From the NCBI GenBank assembly GCA_000002445.1, contig CP000068.1, forward strand, positions 1,024,001 through 1,088,000: a stretch of DNA of 64,000 nt, in the 5' to 3' direction. Both the position numbers and the translations under genes were made by a program. Numbering within the stretch: position 1 is the stretch's first letter; each line of letters starts with the position of its first letter. The notes below the pieces were generated by a model, which ran no database searches, had not been told where the DNA came from, and was given only the letters and a program-made list of their open reading frames with translations. Shown here in pieces: positions 9,318 to 21,100 of this stretch. Source of the DNA: Trypanosoma brucei. Its lineage: Eukaryota.

Positions 9318-12300
9318 TTACTTCTTTGGTGTTGCAACACTTTTTTTCTTTCGGTTCTTCATAGCCCTTCCCAAATCCGTATCTGCAGCTTCTTGAAATA
9401 CACCGGAGAGCAGTTGATGTGCAAGATTCAGTCCGCGCTGGGTATTCTTGTTATACTCCTGTCGGTGTTGTTGCTCCCGTTCTTGCAAGCAAACCATATT
9501 TTGCTCAAACTGCATGTGCCTTTTCCTGATTTCTTTTGTCAACCCTTCAAACTGAAGTGGCCGAGGATGCGTCTCAGAGGCTGGGATTAGCGTCATGCGT
9601 ATGGGTTTTTTCGAACTTTCAATAAGGGTCATTGGTGTCCGCTTTGTTGCTTCACCGTTCTCAATGTACCGGGGCGTGACAGCCCCACTAGAAAATGCGT
9701 CAGTTAACTGCTTAGATGCCCCTGGTGAGGCAGTTCTATTATCGAACTGAGTACCGGACGGAAAGCAGCGGGGGCTCGGTTGTGCCGATGTTTTCACTTT
9801 GGAAGCATCTACACCCCCTAAGTTTGAAAGTACAGAAGGATGCAGCCGATGCCTCGCGTAGTGAAGGAACAGCGGCGAGCTTAAAGGAAGTGGTACCTTT
9901 ACAGTTCTGTCACGGGTGCTGCGGGTATTGGTCGTAATGGTGGCGGGTAATATGCCCACCGCCGAATTCTCGTCGTGTTCCACAAGCGTAAAAGTCGGTT
10001 TCTCCTCTAACGTGTCATCTAAAGGGGGAAGTGGCACATGCGCAATACTCGCGGCTGAGTGTGCTTCAATGTAATTTCTCACCTTTGCGAGTGCAGCATC
10101 AAGGGGGAAACTACATATCACAGAGTCGCGGACAGCAGTGTCATTGCCACTCTGATTGTTATTCCCGCTTGTATTTTGCTTGCCAGCACCTACTGAAAAC
10201 GAGACCGAAGCCCTGCTCTTTCCGTTGGGAAATATCTGTGGTAGAACATTGTTTCCCTCATTGCCGTTATGCTTTGTCTGGCCCCCCAATGAGTTTTGCC
10301 TAATTTTTTTCCCTGTCTTCCCCTTCGTGTCATCATTTAGAGACTCGGTAACCACACCGGTACCGAGTTTTACGCTCTTATTCGTGCCAAGTGGGGCGTC
10401 CGCACCTGTCTCTGTGAAGCAAACGGACTTTCCACCTTTTTTGTTGCAGTTGCCTTCGGGGCATTCCTGCTTTGGCGCTTCCGTCAACCGGTCGTGCATG
10501 GAGGTCGTGCGCTGCTCAAGTTTCTGAACAAGAAAATTGACGTGCTTAGCGTACTTTTTGAACTCCAGCACTATCCTGTGATATCCGTTTACCACTTCTA
10601 CATCAACATCATCAAACGAGTCATCACCAAGAAATTCAAGCTGCTCATCCTCTGCTGCGGACCCTGCTGCGGTGGACTGCTCGCCATCATTTGAACCCCC
10701 ACGAGGTGAGGAGGGACCGGTGCTGTTGGCCGCGTTCGGATCGCTGTCAAGAGGTCTACTCCCTCGTTTGATAGGAGGGAGCCCGTTGAAATCTGCCCCG
10801 CTTCCACGCGACTGGTGGTCAAAAGAGGGCTGCGCTCCCCCTTTCCTTTGCCGCGGTGTCGGCCACCCAGAGGAACGCACATAGGTTGCCACCAGACCAC
10901 TGCACCAGTAGTAAAATATACGGTAAATATTCACACGCATGACGGCGTTGAGAAGACCTGCTAAGAAGTCGTTTGGAAAACAGTGAACCAGAGCGTAGTA
11001 TGTTACGTGAGGCACGATAATCATATAAGCTGAGAAGACATTATCCTTCTCTGACCGCAGCCGTTCAAAGGACTCACCAAATAGCATGGCAAGTCGGTGA
11101 AAGCAGCGTTCTGCAAGATTCCTCAGTTCGCACACTTCAACGTGAGCAACGGTGAATGTGTCTATGGCATTTGCCAACCGCAACGTCATCACCTTCACGC
11201 CGTCGTGCATCGGGCTCTTCGTGTCGTCAGTTGCACCTGCCTTACCACCATCATCCTCCCTATCAGCACGATTCAGTTGTAACGGATCGAGCGTTGGGTG
11301 AGTTGTGTCCGTGCAGCTCTTCATAGTGTCCGCATTCTCATTGGCTTCTTCAGCGTCACCAAACACGAAGGAGGAAGCAATATTAAATATATTGCTACTA
11401 CATGGTTCAGGTGCTGACAGCATCGCTATAATATCCTCCAGAACCAAGGCTCTTGTTTCTGCCTTCCTCTCGCTACTAATGTTCCTCCCAGTACAGGCAT
11501 TTCTCAGACGTCTGGTAACAATCTGCTCAAGCACCGATAAAGGTGGTAGATCAGACATATAGCGAGGAAACATGGTGCGAAAGACGTGTTCCAGGTTAAC
11601 ATAGCGGTCGATAAGAACTCGTTCAGAGGAGGCGCGACGTGCGTGTGCTACAATATACCAAAAGAACAAGTATATAATCTCATGGCTTTCTGAAAAGTTC
11701 TTCAGGAAGTTCGTGATTCCCACACTTGTTGTCTTTACTCTTTGCTCTCCACGCTCCAGTAAAAGCACCTTTTCAATGGCCTCACTCACGGGCAGAGAAC
11801 TGGGAAATGAGCAACTATCTCCCAGTTTTCCTGTTGTTTCATCAAAGGATGGAAGTGTTACGGAGTATATGGACGGGGCATCCTTCTTTGTTTGTCGCTT
11901 CTGTGTTTCCCGCAGCATCATATGTTTCATAACCGTGACGTCCATTGGCATGTCGTCTGGAACCCCAAGTTCCTCATTTTCGGCCTCACGCATTCTCAGT
12001 GAAGTAACAGAGACCCTTCTACCAACCTTTAGCTCCTCCATAGACGGTTTACAGGTTTGGCAATCATTCGTGCCAGGCCGACTAGTTTCTGGAGTGCGTC
12101 GAATAACCACACGCTTTCCACCTGATTTCAAACGGGCCGCGGGCGGTGGATTGGAGCCGTCTTTCGGAGAATGCGGGGCGCCCTTGCGTGGGGTGGTGCA
12201 ACAACTGCTATTTGCCAACGAAGGTTGACTAAAGGGATTTTCATCACCGTTAGTAAGGTTGCTTTCAGTCCCATCTGTACATGGCACTGCCTCCTCTTCA

Positions 12301-12887
12301 TTTAGCATATCAATGGCAGTGCTAAATCTTTGGCAAAGATTCACTCGCACATCGGGTGTTTCATCCCCCTGTTTTAACGTCGACGAACGAATGCAGGGTC
12401 TCCCCATGTTCCCAGAGATATTGGGGAAAGTGTCTGGAGCTTCGGAACTGTCATCCGACCCCTCAGAACCAGGAGCTTCATTTGAGGAATTAAATCTTGC
12501 ACTTCCGCAAAACTTAGCGCCACCGCCCGGAGGCCCTAGCCCAGTTGTCCCCTTGTTTATACCGATGGGCACAGTAGTTTGTGTGTGGTCGGGCTTTAAT
12601 CTAATGCTTGGTAACCGTCCAGATGTGGATTGAGGTGCAACACATGCCGGAGATTTCCGGTCGGGTTGCTGAGTGCCGCCTCCGAGTGGAAGACAACCTG
12701 ACACTAATGACTCACATTTCGCAAGAAGCGAGTTATACTGTTTAGTTTGTTTTCTCTCCTCCCCCTTCTTGCCGAGCAGAGATGAGGTAATATTGGGTGG
12801 GTCCACACGCGGCAAGGTGGGAAAGGACGTCATCCTCTCTCCTGGCTCACTGCGCTTCGCATTACCCCGCACTCCTGTGATTTGCAT
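9318..12887 (-). CDS. Hypothetical protein, 1189 aa. It has Ser/Gly/Pro-rich low-complexity N- and C-terminal regions and a central hydrophobic-core globular region.
   Basis: Long ORF with a verified ATG start (MQITG...). No confident family motif was recognised. Confidence 0.65.
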   Translation of the reverse strand: MQITGVRGNAKRSEPGERMTSFPTLPRVDPPNITSSLLGKKGEERKQTKQYNSLLAKCESLVSGCLPLGGGTQQPDRKSPACVAPQSTSGRLPSIRLKPDHTQTTVPIGINKGTTGLGPPGGGAKFCGSARFNSSNEAPGSEGSDDSSEAPDTFPNISGNMGRPCIRSSTLKQGDETPDVRVNLCQRFSTAIDMLNEEEAVPCTDGTESNLTNGDENPFSQPSLANSSCCTTPRKGAPHSPKDGSNPPPAARLKSGGKRVVIRRTPETSRPGTNDCQTCKPSMEELKVGRRVSVTSLRMREAENEELGVPDDMPMDVTVMKHMMLRETQKRQTKKDAPSIYSVTLPSFDETTGKLGDSCSFPSSLPVSEAIEKVLLLERGEQRVKTTSVGITNFLKNFSESHEIIYLFFWYIVAHARRASSERVLIDRYVNLEHVFRTMFPRYMSDLPPLSVLEQIVTRRLRNACTGRNISSERKAETRALVLEDIIAMLSAPEPCSSNIFNIASSFVFGDAEEANENADTMKSCTDTTHPTLDPLQLNRADREDDGGKAGATDDTKSPMHDGVKVMTLRLANAIDTFTVAHVEVCELRNLAERCFHRLAMLFGESFERLRSEKDNVFSAYMIIVPHVTYYALVHCFPNDFLAGLLNAVMRVNIYRIFYYWCSGLVATYVRSSGWPTPRQRKGGAQPSFDHQSRGSGADFNGLPPIKRGSRPLDSDPNAANSTGPSSPRGGSNDGEQSTAAGSAAEDEQLEFLGDDSFDDVDVEVVNGYHRIVLEFKKYAKHVNFLVQKLEQRTTSMHDRLTEAPKQECPEGNCNKKGGKSVCFTETGADAPLGTNKSVKLGTGVVTESLNDDTKGKTGKKIRQNSLGGQTKHNGNEGNNVLPQIFPNGKSRASVSFSVGAGKQNTSGNNNQSGNDTAVRDSVICSFPLDAALAKVRNYIEAHSAASIAHVPLPPLDDTLEEKPTFTLVEHDENSAVGILPATITTNTRSTRDRTVKVPLPLSSPLFLHYARHRLHPSVLSNLGGVDASKVKTSAQPSPRCFPSGTQFDNRTASPGASKQLTDAFSSGAVTPRYIENGEATKRTPMTLIESSKKPIRMTLIPASETHPRPLQFEGLTKEIRKRHMQFEQNMVCLQEREQQHRQEYNKNTQRGLNLAHQLLSGVFQEAADTDLGRAMKNRKKKSVATPKK

Positions 12888-13986
12888 ATACGGTCGCCTG
12901 CTGCAGTGCTATATTATCACGCCGTTTTGCCCTTGCTGTTCCTGCAACTGCCGTGTGGTTGAGGAAACCAGTGTAAAGTGGGATGTTTCCCCTCTTTAAC
13001 GATCGTCGTTCACCGCACTTAAACCCCCGTGACCCACGCCGTGGACGCGAATCTCCCAAATCCCTCCCCTTCCTTTCCCTACCGTCGAAACTTTCAGTGG
13101 AGAGAAGCCGTGATGGTGCAGCGCAGCACTGTCCCCTTCCACACGTCAACGGGTGAGCGCCGCCTAAACTACGTATCACCTACGGGAAAAGGATGTAGAG
13201 AAGACGCAACAAGAGAGAAGGCAACATGCAATCTTTTTTTCTGTACGCCTACACACAGACATATATATTTATATAAGCATATACTGGTGTGTCCGTGCAG
13301 CGAACGAATGTTTGTATATGTGCCCGCGTTCTTCTCTAGCCCAACTGCCGATGAAAAATCACTTTATGTAATGCCTCTCTCATCTGCCGTTACTATTGTG
13401 TGTTTTTCTCACTTAATCCGTTCCCTCTTTCCACGGTCCCGCAACCGGCGGCAAACGTATCTGGGGGAAGAATTTCAATACTGTAGGTAGGATGGTAGGA
13501 AGCAAGTAAAAAAATAAAAAAAGAAAGTCGAAACACAAGCGAGACATGTGCGTGCACCAGATGCAGTAACCTCACTTCCCCCCCCCCTGCAATAGGCAAA
13601 TTCCAGCTCTACATGGAAACACACTCAGTCTGCGGGTTAAACATCGACTACTTTTCACGATATTTGGGGCCCCAGCACATTTCTTCACACATGTGACTCA
13701 AAACACTAACCTCCAAATGCGGTGGCCAAGATATTTTTTCTGCTATCACCAACATCTGCACTTGCTAATCATTTACACCGACAACATCCCTGCAAAGCCC
13801 ACGAGTGCATTCTTCCCCGTGACCTACAACTGCGTCATTTCTTTTATTTTTTGTCAACCATGTTGTGCTGTCGCTGTTTGGAACCCTTTACAAGTCTCAT
13901 CAATCCAGTCGTATTTTTTCACTGTTTACTCAACCCCACACTGGGAAAGAAGATGCAGAAGTCAGTAAGGTTTGTGCGCCCCTCAA

Positions 13987-14008
13987 ATATATATATATAT
14001 ATATATAT
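13987..14008. repeat. (AT)11 microsatellite.
   Basis: The run is directly visible in the sequence. Confidence 0.95.
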
Positions 14009-14255
14009 CCTTCAGTGAATGCCACTGCGCGTGCTAAATTCTAAAACTACTGCCCCACGAAAAGGGCGGCACAAACTACTGCTAAAATTATACGTAACTA
14101 TAGGACCTGCCATCTCCTCCACGTACCAGAAACTCAACACACACTTCACTAATCAGAGGCGGTTCACCGATTCCTAAGCGTGAAATCATTTTGCTAGCTA
14201 CCACACTACACCCAGAAACAGCAACGCAGATTTTCCATTCTCGTGGCCCAGTCGA

Positions 14256-14903
14256 TTAGTTCGCGCTCGTCATATGCCGCCACTCCGATTCATCCTGGTA
14301 TTGCATAGGAATCTTCCAGCTCGTTTGCGCCCCATCGCGTTTGGTCAATGGTTTCCAATTCCAAAATCTCTCATATTTTGCGTGCTTCTCTCTAATCTCA
14401 GGCCGAATCCACTGGTCCAAGTAAATGTCGTCCTCCTCCAGCGTGGGAACGTTGGGTTGATCAAGCACAACGCTACGAAAGTGAGTCCACCCCGGCTCCG
14501 TTCCCATGGCGCGGTAGCAACCCCAAAGTGTGTACCAGGAGTAAATAAACATGAGACTCCATGCCATCCAAAAGGTGGGTTTCGTGGACATATTCAACCG
14601 CATACCGTAGCGACTTGCCATTTCGTCCATTGTACTTTCCCACGACTCCTCAGTCATGCGAATACTTTCCTCACGCGTATAGGGATATTTTGGGTCGAAT
14701 ACTTCTTTGGGGTACTCAAACCACTCAATATGCGGGTTAAAGTCCATGGGCGTGATGGGTTCATTGTGTTGTATTGCCGGGGGGTGCGGTCGGTTCCCGC
14801 CAAAACTTGATAAGTCCTTCGAACCGGTGGATGAGTGCCGTGACGACGTACGCGAGGCAACAACTGTAGCAGAGGGTGATATTGCAACAGCTCTGCGTAA
14901 CAT
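14256..14903 (-). CDS. Small protein, 215 aa. It has an Arg/Ser/Ala-rich N-terminus resembling a mitochondrial presequence, one predicted TM helix (PTFWMAWSLMFIYSWYTLWGCY), and a Trp-rich C-terminal half. Putative mitochondrial inner-membrane protein.
   Basis: ATG verified (MLRRAVAISPS...). The antisense plus-strand ORF 14274..14810 is a shadow ORF. Confidence 0.55.
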   Translation of the reverse strand: MLRRAVAISPSATVVASRTSSRHSSTGSKDLSSFGGNRPHPPAIQHNEPITPMDFNPHIEWFEYPKEVFDPKYPYTREESIRMTEESWESTMDEMASRYGMRLNMSTKPTFWMAWSLMFIYSWYTLWGCYRAMGTEPGWTHFRSVVLDQPNVPTLEEDDIYLDQWIRPEIREKHAKYERFWNWKPLTKRDGAQTSWKIPMQYQDESEWRHMTSAN

Positions 14904-15895
14904 TTTACGTCCCCTACTCGTGTGTAATGTTAGCGTGTATCTGGTTACGGGTGATAGAGAGGGGGGATGCCGCTACTTGTATGGTTTCCTCTACAACCTG
15001 CTAATTATCCCCAACCACGACGAGAAACGAAAAAAAGAAAACTTTGTACAGAGGAGTGCACTCCGTTGTTCATAGAATATTTAGCATTGTTTAAAAATAG
15101 CAACAGTTTCTTCCCGAACAGCGAATTTATCACTAACAAAGTCGGACACTTCCCTTTCATTATGTTCGCAGCATCTTCTGCAATTCGCATCGAGGACAAC
15201 TGCATTCGAAGGTACAAGACAAGAATGAAACAGCAAAACTTCAATGACGAATTGAACACAACACAAAACTTTACTCCAGAAATCGAATGAAAACTAACTA
15301 ATACCATTGCTGAACGGATTTAATTTGTGATCTGCTGGATGGCCAAGACGATGTCCTTTGGTGTGTAAACTGAAGATACCAACAAACTGTGAAAAAACAA
15401 CCTTCTACATGGAGTGGTACACAACACGTCTAGGAGAAGGAACAGCGCAAGTCCTTCCAGGTTGTTACTTGTATAAAACCACAAGCACATGTCCACACGC
15501 ACGCGGTAAGGGTAACGAGATATGACGGCTAATAAAACACGAGGAAACATAACCGCACCACACCCAAGGTGGAGCTGCAAACTAAAGAGACGAGTTTGCT
15601 TGACGGTAAGATATCGCTCCATCCTTCTCATTCCCCACACATACGCGATAGCAATGTAGTGGCCTCGTCAGACAACCGTCTGAGGAAAAACAAATAAAAA
15701 TGAAGCAAGCGTATAAAATTAGTCAGTAGAACATCGTCATCATCAAAATCTGCACAAAAAAATGAAACTCAGGTAGTGTGGTAGAAAAGCAGGGAAAATA
15801 ATGGCGTCACCACTCAAAAAAAAAATTATTTGTTAAATAGGTCTATTTAACCTCTAGTTATGTGACCACAGTCCGCGGGAGGGATAAAGTTCATT

Positions 15896-16969
15896 TCATG
15901 CAAGTGACAGGAAACCCAAAAGACCTGCTGCATCTCGCTTTAAACATGCCGCAACTGCCATGTTTCTTAGAGATTCTAATCTTTCAATTGCTACGTAGTT
16001 TTGCTGAATAGCGGATGCGTAAATGGAAGGGCAAGTGGAACACTCACTGGCCGCTGAGCCGCTGCCGCGCAGGTTTTCTGACGTATGAGGTTCACATGTC
16101 AAACCATCGCTACCATGCTGAAAAGTCGTCTCGCCACCCGCAAGTTTCCGGCTATTGAGTTCTTTCATCACGCCCTCGAGTACGTTTAGAAGTCCTGGGG
16201 CGGCTTCCACACCATCACACGTGATATTGAGCAGCGACTGAGCATCTCTTTCCTCCGATGTTTGGCCCTCCTGGAGAAGTTTCCCATCATTGCTATCTGA
16301 GTTCTTGAACACACCCTTCCCATTGCTTCTGCCGCCATACGACGCCGTACCGGCGTTCACACCTGCCGCCGCCTCCATATCACGTGTAAAGGTTGCACCC
16401 GAAGTTTCCTCCCCACGGGGGCGCTTCCTCGATAATAAAGCGTCTGCTCCTTCTTCATTTATAACATTTTTGTCAACTCTAGTCCCCAGAAACGAATGCA
16501 CTCGTCTCTCGAGTTCGCTCGCCTCTAAACCACGCTTGAAGGCTGCATCCCTGATCCAGCGCCACATCTTTAACTCTTCTACAAATGCATCTCCTTCTAA
16601 CCATGCGCAAGCCGTCATGTTTCCCACTCCTGTAGGAACAAGTCGGCTACCCTCATTGCCACTGCCGCCGGAGTCTGTTGATGCCGGAGATGAGCTAAGT
16701 GACTGCACAAGAGAGAGCACTCGCTTCGCATTAAGTAACCGTGTCATAGAGGTGGGATTGTCGCAGAATTGAATGTCATGGAGAGATACGACAGGTCCAC
16801 CGTCTTCTTCATTTTCACCTGCGTGGTTGTTGAAAATGGCGTGAAGGAGCACTGCAACGTCTTTTGCCGCAATATCTGTGAAAGAGCTGTATTCACTCCG
16901 TAGAATGCTTGCCGCCCAGCGCAGAATTGCAGAGCGGGCGAAAATGTTATCCTCCTGTGGATCCGTCAT
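15896..16969 (-). CDS. Hypothetical protein, 357 aa.
   Basis: ORF with a verified ATG (MTDPQEDN...). No recognised motif. Confidence 0.55.
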   Translation of the reverse strand: MTDPQEDNIFARSAILRWAASILRSEYSSFTDIAAKDVAVLLHAIFNNHAGENEEDGGPVVSLHDIQFCDNPTSMTRLLNAKRVLSLVQSLSSSPASTDSGGSGNEGSRLVPTGVGNMTACAWLEGDAFVEELKMWRWIRDAAFKRGLEASELERRVHSFLGTRVDKNVINEEGADALLSRKRPRGEETSGATFTRDMEAAAGVNAGTASYGGRSNGKGVFKNSDSNDGKLLQEGQTSEERDAQSLLNITCDGVEAAPGLLNVLEGVMKELNSRKLAGGETTFQHGSDGLTCEPHTSENLRGSGSAASECSTCPSIYASAIQQNYVAIERLESLRNMAVAACLKRDAAGLLGFLSLA

Positions 16970-18192
16970 GTTTCCTCGTAGTGTGCGTACTTCTCTCTCC
17001 TATTTACGTGATAATATTTGAGAAAGAAAGAAAAAAGCGAGGGAATTCTGCCGTGTATCCCCTTGCTTTCCTCACCGCAAGGCATCATTATTGTGCACGA
17101 AAAAAAAAAAGAAGAGAAGAAGAAATCACAAGAGGATGGAATATGAAACAACTGAGCGAGGCCCTCTTCCCTTCCTTAAGGGCACTCTGCTCTTCATGCT
17201 GATCATCAAAAGATCCCCTTCTTCACTTATGCTAAAACGCTTCACTTCGAACCGCAAGTGGTAAAAAAACCTACTTAAGAAAAGAGGTGTGCAAACAAGT
17301 GTATCGCTCTTACAATGGTAAAATGATAATCATCTTTCTGAATGCCAGTCGCATAGCTTTCATTCACTTGTTCTATTATTCACAAAGTAGTCCGCTACCA
17401 GCGTGCACAACGTCTAAAACTGGTACTGGACGATATTAGAAATAAATCCTCATCTTTGTCCAATGATGCTGGAACCACCACCCAAGTAAGCGTCAACGAA
17501 ACCAATACAAAATATTAAATGCATTCTTGGAGTAGGAAAAAACCAGTGACAGACACTGACCGCTCAGAGCAAACTACTTACAGGGGGTCATAAAGGAGTA
17601 AATCACTTCCCTGAGGGGTGTTTCTAAAGCGAAAAGAGGGGAAACATTTATAACATTAATTTATCTGCCAAACAATCACCGACCGAACAATTTTTGTCAC
17701 TCGTCAAAACTAGTTTGATAAACATGGACGACAAACCTGAATAAAACATTTATCCCACTCGCTAACAATTGTTTAACATGCAAAAAAAAAGGGTCCCTGA
17801 TTTCCTGTATTAAAGAAAAGGTGGGAGCCCAAAACACAAGTGCCCCAAATATATCCTCCCCTTAATCAGGAAAAGCAAAAGGGGTATACAGCATACTAAA
17901 GAAGAAGGCGAAAAAAAAACTATTTTGGTACTGGCCCTCTCCCTGAGCCATATTTTGCGTCTACCTATGAGTCACATAGTATGCGAGATCATCATATTCT
18001 GCAAAACACCAACAAAGACGAATGCACCAAAAATTGTTCTCACCAAAACTACCAACCAAAAATAGAAGCGAAATCACGAGGCACAAAGACTGACCCTTTT
18101 TGCACATGATATCCCCCACATGAGCAAAACTGGTAGGATACGAACCACAAAAAATTACAAATGATGCAGAGGAGAACGTATATGAAAGAGCT

Positions 18193-21100
18193 TCATGCAT
18201 CAACGGCAACAACGCCACCAACACGTTGAAGAAGGAAGACCGCATCCCTCCGCTGTGCGGGGTCGATTCTGAGGCACGAAGAAACTACTAACTGTATTGT
18301 CGGGTCCGCATCCTCTGGAGGTGGTACAGGTTCCAAAAGACCTTCACGCAGCGACTCCATTAGCGCCTCGTGGTCCGAAAGCACCGCAAGTAACTCGTTA
18401 CGTGACCGGCTGATTTGTGCATTAGCTGTCCACCGCCATGGGAAGTCGTCGTTCAACATCTCTATAACAAGCAACCCAAGGGCATACATATCTGTCATCC
18501 ACGACTGGGGTTTGCCACGAGCTTCCTCTGGACTGACACAATAAGTCATTTGATGCTTGAGTAAAGGTGCAGCATCAAGCAGAACCCCAGTCAATCGGCA
18601 ATGGCCCCCCACACAAGTGACAACTGTTTCAGGACACAGGCAACCCTGAACAAGGCCACGCTCGTGGAGACAGGCGAGTCCTCGCAACAGAGAGGTGACG
18701 TGCCGCTTCACCGTGGCGGCGGGTAGCTTCCGGCCATATCGCACTTTAAGATCACGAAGCGTACCACCGGGGACGTACTCCCAAACAAGCAAGACGCCGT
18801 GAGGGGGGACATGACAATACGACAAGCATTGCACAAGGCTGACACTTTCCCCAACCTGAAGCACTTTATCCAGTGCAACGTCCAATTCCTCACGCGTCAA
18901 GCGTTCTCCAAGTTCTGTTAGAGGGTAAAGCTTCAGCAAAGCAAGTACCCCAGTGGCAGACATTCCCATGTACGCTACGCCTACAGAGTTGGCACCCTCA
19001 TGAATGGGGTCGATTGAGCGCTGCCAACTGTTCCCATGACAGTCCTCGAGAAAACGAGGTATCTCACCATTCAGTGTCGAAGCTGCATTCTCCCCCACGA
19101 AGACCGACGGAGTCCGCGGGGAGCCACCGTCACACGGTGACGAGCTTCCACCAGAGGTTTTTCCAGTACCACTCAGCAGCGGCGGCGAAGATATCAGGCT
19201 CGTTGCGCTGCTGTTCAGGCTATCAGGGACGATAAGTAATTGATTAACAAACGGTGTGCGGTCTCTTCTCCCAACACGCGCAGCACACTCATCACGAAGA
19301 CGTTGGGGTTGCAATGACATAAACGAAGGTGATTCCCCCGATAAGGTCACCGACCCCACGGAAATGGCCTTGTCCAGCAATCGTAGTGCAGAGACGTAGT
19401 TGCCACGCACCATCATATCGTACGCCTCGTTGTAGTGGCCCTCAAACTCATTCCATGTCGGCTGCCCAGCATCCCCGGAAAGTACCTCATACAACGTTAC
19501 GCAAACACCGTCTTCGCCTTCCAGAAAAACAGACCTAAATGGTAACAAACGGAAGTGGCCACGCACCAGCAGTGCTGTCTCTTCTGTGACCGCTGCCGCG
19601 ACTCCCACAGATTGAAGGGCATCACCAACCCGCCGGTAGATATTGCGGCACAGAAGCACATAGCGACTTCGTCCACCTCCGCTAACGATGCCACTCGGAA
19701 ATGCACCGGACTCCACAATCACGCGATAAGCACCAGAAACTTCGCTCCGCGCCATCAGCTTCGTGGCCACTTGACGCGCGAACTCAACGGCCCTCGTCGC
19801 CTCAGCAGCGAATTCGCGGTCCATCGACTGCACACCAAAACTCACAATGCAGTAGTCTGGGCGCTGCACCTCGAAGCACCCACCGCAGGCTGCAGCAGCA
19901 CTGACAACTATCTGCATCATCAGCTCCACAACGGCGTCGCTGGGGTTGCGCGTTCTACCGGGCGTATAGTAAACGTAGGCGACGCTGCAGGCGACAGGCT
20001 TCAGTTCCTCACCATATCGACGTGGTGACGAGGCTGCCTCAGGATCAGATGCGCATGCGTCCTTGCTCCTTGACACGCTCGCTGCCGCACCACTTAAATC
20101 AAAAGCACGGTCTGGCATGTATGTCCGCACCGCATTCAGGCGTCGGCGGAGCACACTACACACACCGTGGAGCTCACAAACCTCTCTCAGTGCAATCACT
20201 TTTTGCTTCTCTTCATCAGAAGATTTGACTAGCCCGGCCCTCAGCTTTTCCTCCGTACTTCGGAGCGGGCGGTGAAGGCAAAGCTCCACAAAATAGTAAC
20301 AAGCGGCTATCACAATGAGGTACATTACAAAGCTAGAAAGGCCAGCAATGCCCCCGTAGGTGGCAATCGGGCCCAGGTAATAGCTGGGGTTCGTGACAAC
20401 AACAACAACCATTTCAACCCCGCTGTCAGTGACAATGTGATGTGCACTGGCCACCGCAGCCAACCCGCCGTACATGAACCACGACCTCTGGTTCTTGCCT
20501 CGCGCGGCCTCTTGCAAGTCGAGGTATCGGATAGCTTTGCTCATCAGCGGGTCAGAGACGTCGTCAGGGCTTAGGAACCGTATTGGTTCACCCATGAAAG
20601 CGGATTTCCACTCATCGCTCACATTCGCAAGCGGTTGGCCCCAGTTGTTCGCAAACACGTAGAATTGGCCGCTTTCGTTGTTGGGATCCACAAGCATGAC
20701 GCGGACACCGCTGTCAGACGCCTTGTGCCACCTCACACTAATTTTTCCTGTGTGCATTCCCACGTAAATGTACCCTACACCAACTGTTCCATCGTCCTCT
20801 CTCTCGAAGAAAGGATAGACGTACGCTGCATAAGTGGGTGGGAACCGCGGGCGAACCCAGTACTCAGACGGTTTCATCTCTCGACCTTCTCGCACTGACT
20901 CGTTCCATATCCGCACAACGGAATCAAAGTGAAAGCGTTCCGTGTATTCAGTAATCGTTAATCCAGAGGTAGTGGACTCATACCGTTTCAGTGGCTGCTG
21001 GTACTCCATCGTTACAGGGTCCATATAGTAGAAGTCTTTCATTATCCCTCCCTCACTCACGTGACCATAATACTGGCCAGGATTACTCTTTGAGGCGATA

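Noticed and set aside
14274-14810. 178-aa plus-strand ORF
   Set aside because: It lies entirely antisense to the better-supported 215-aa minus-strand gene. It has no start context and no motif, so it is a shadow ORF.
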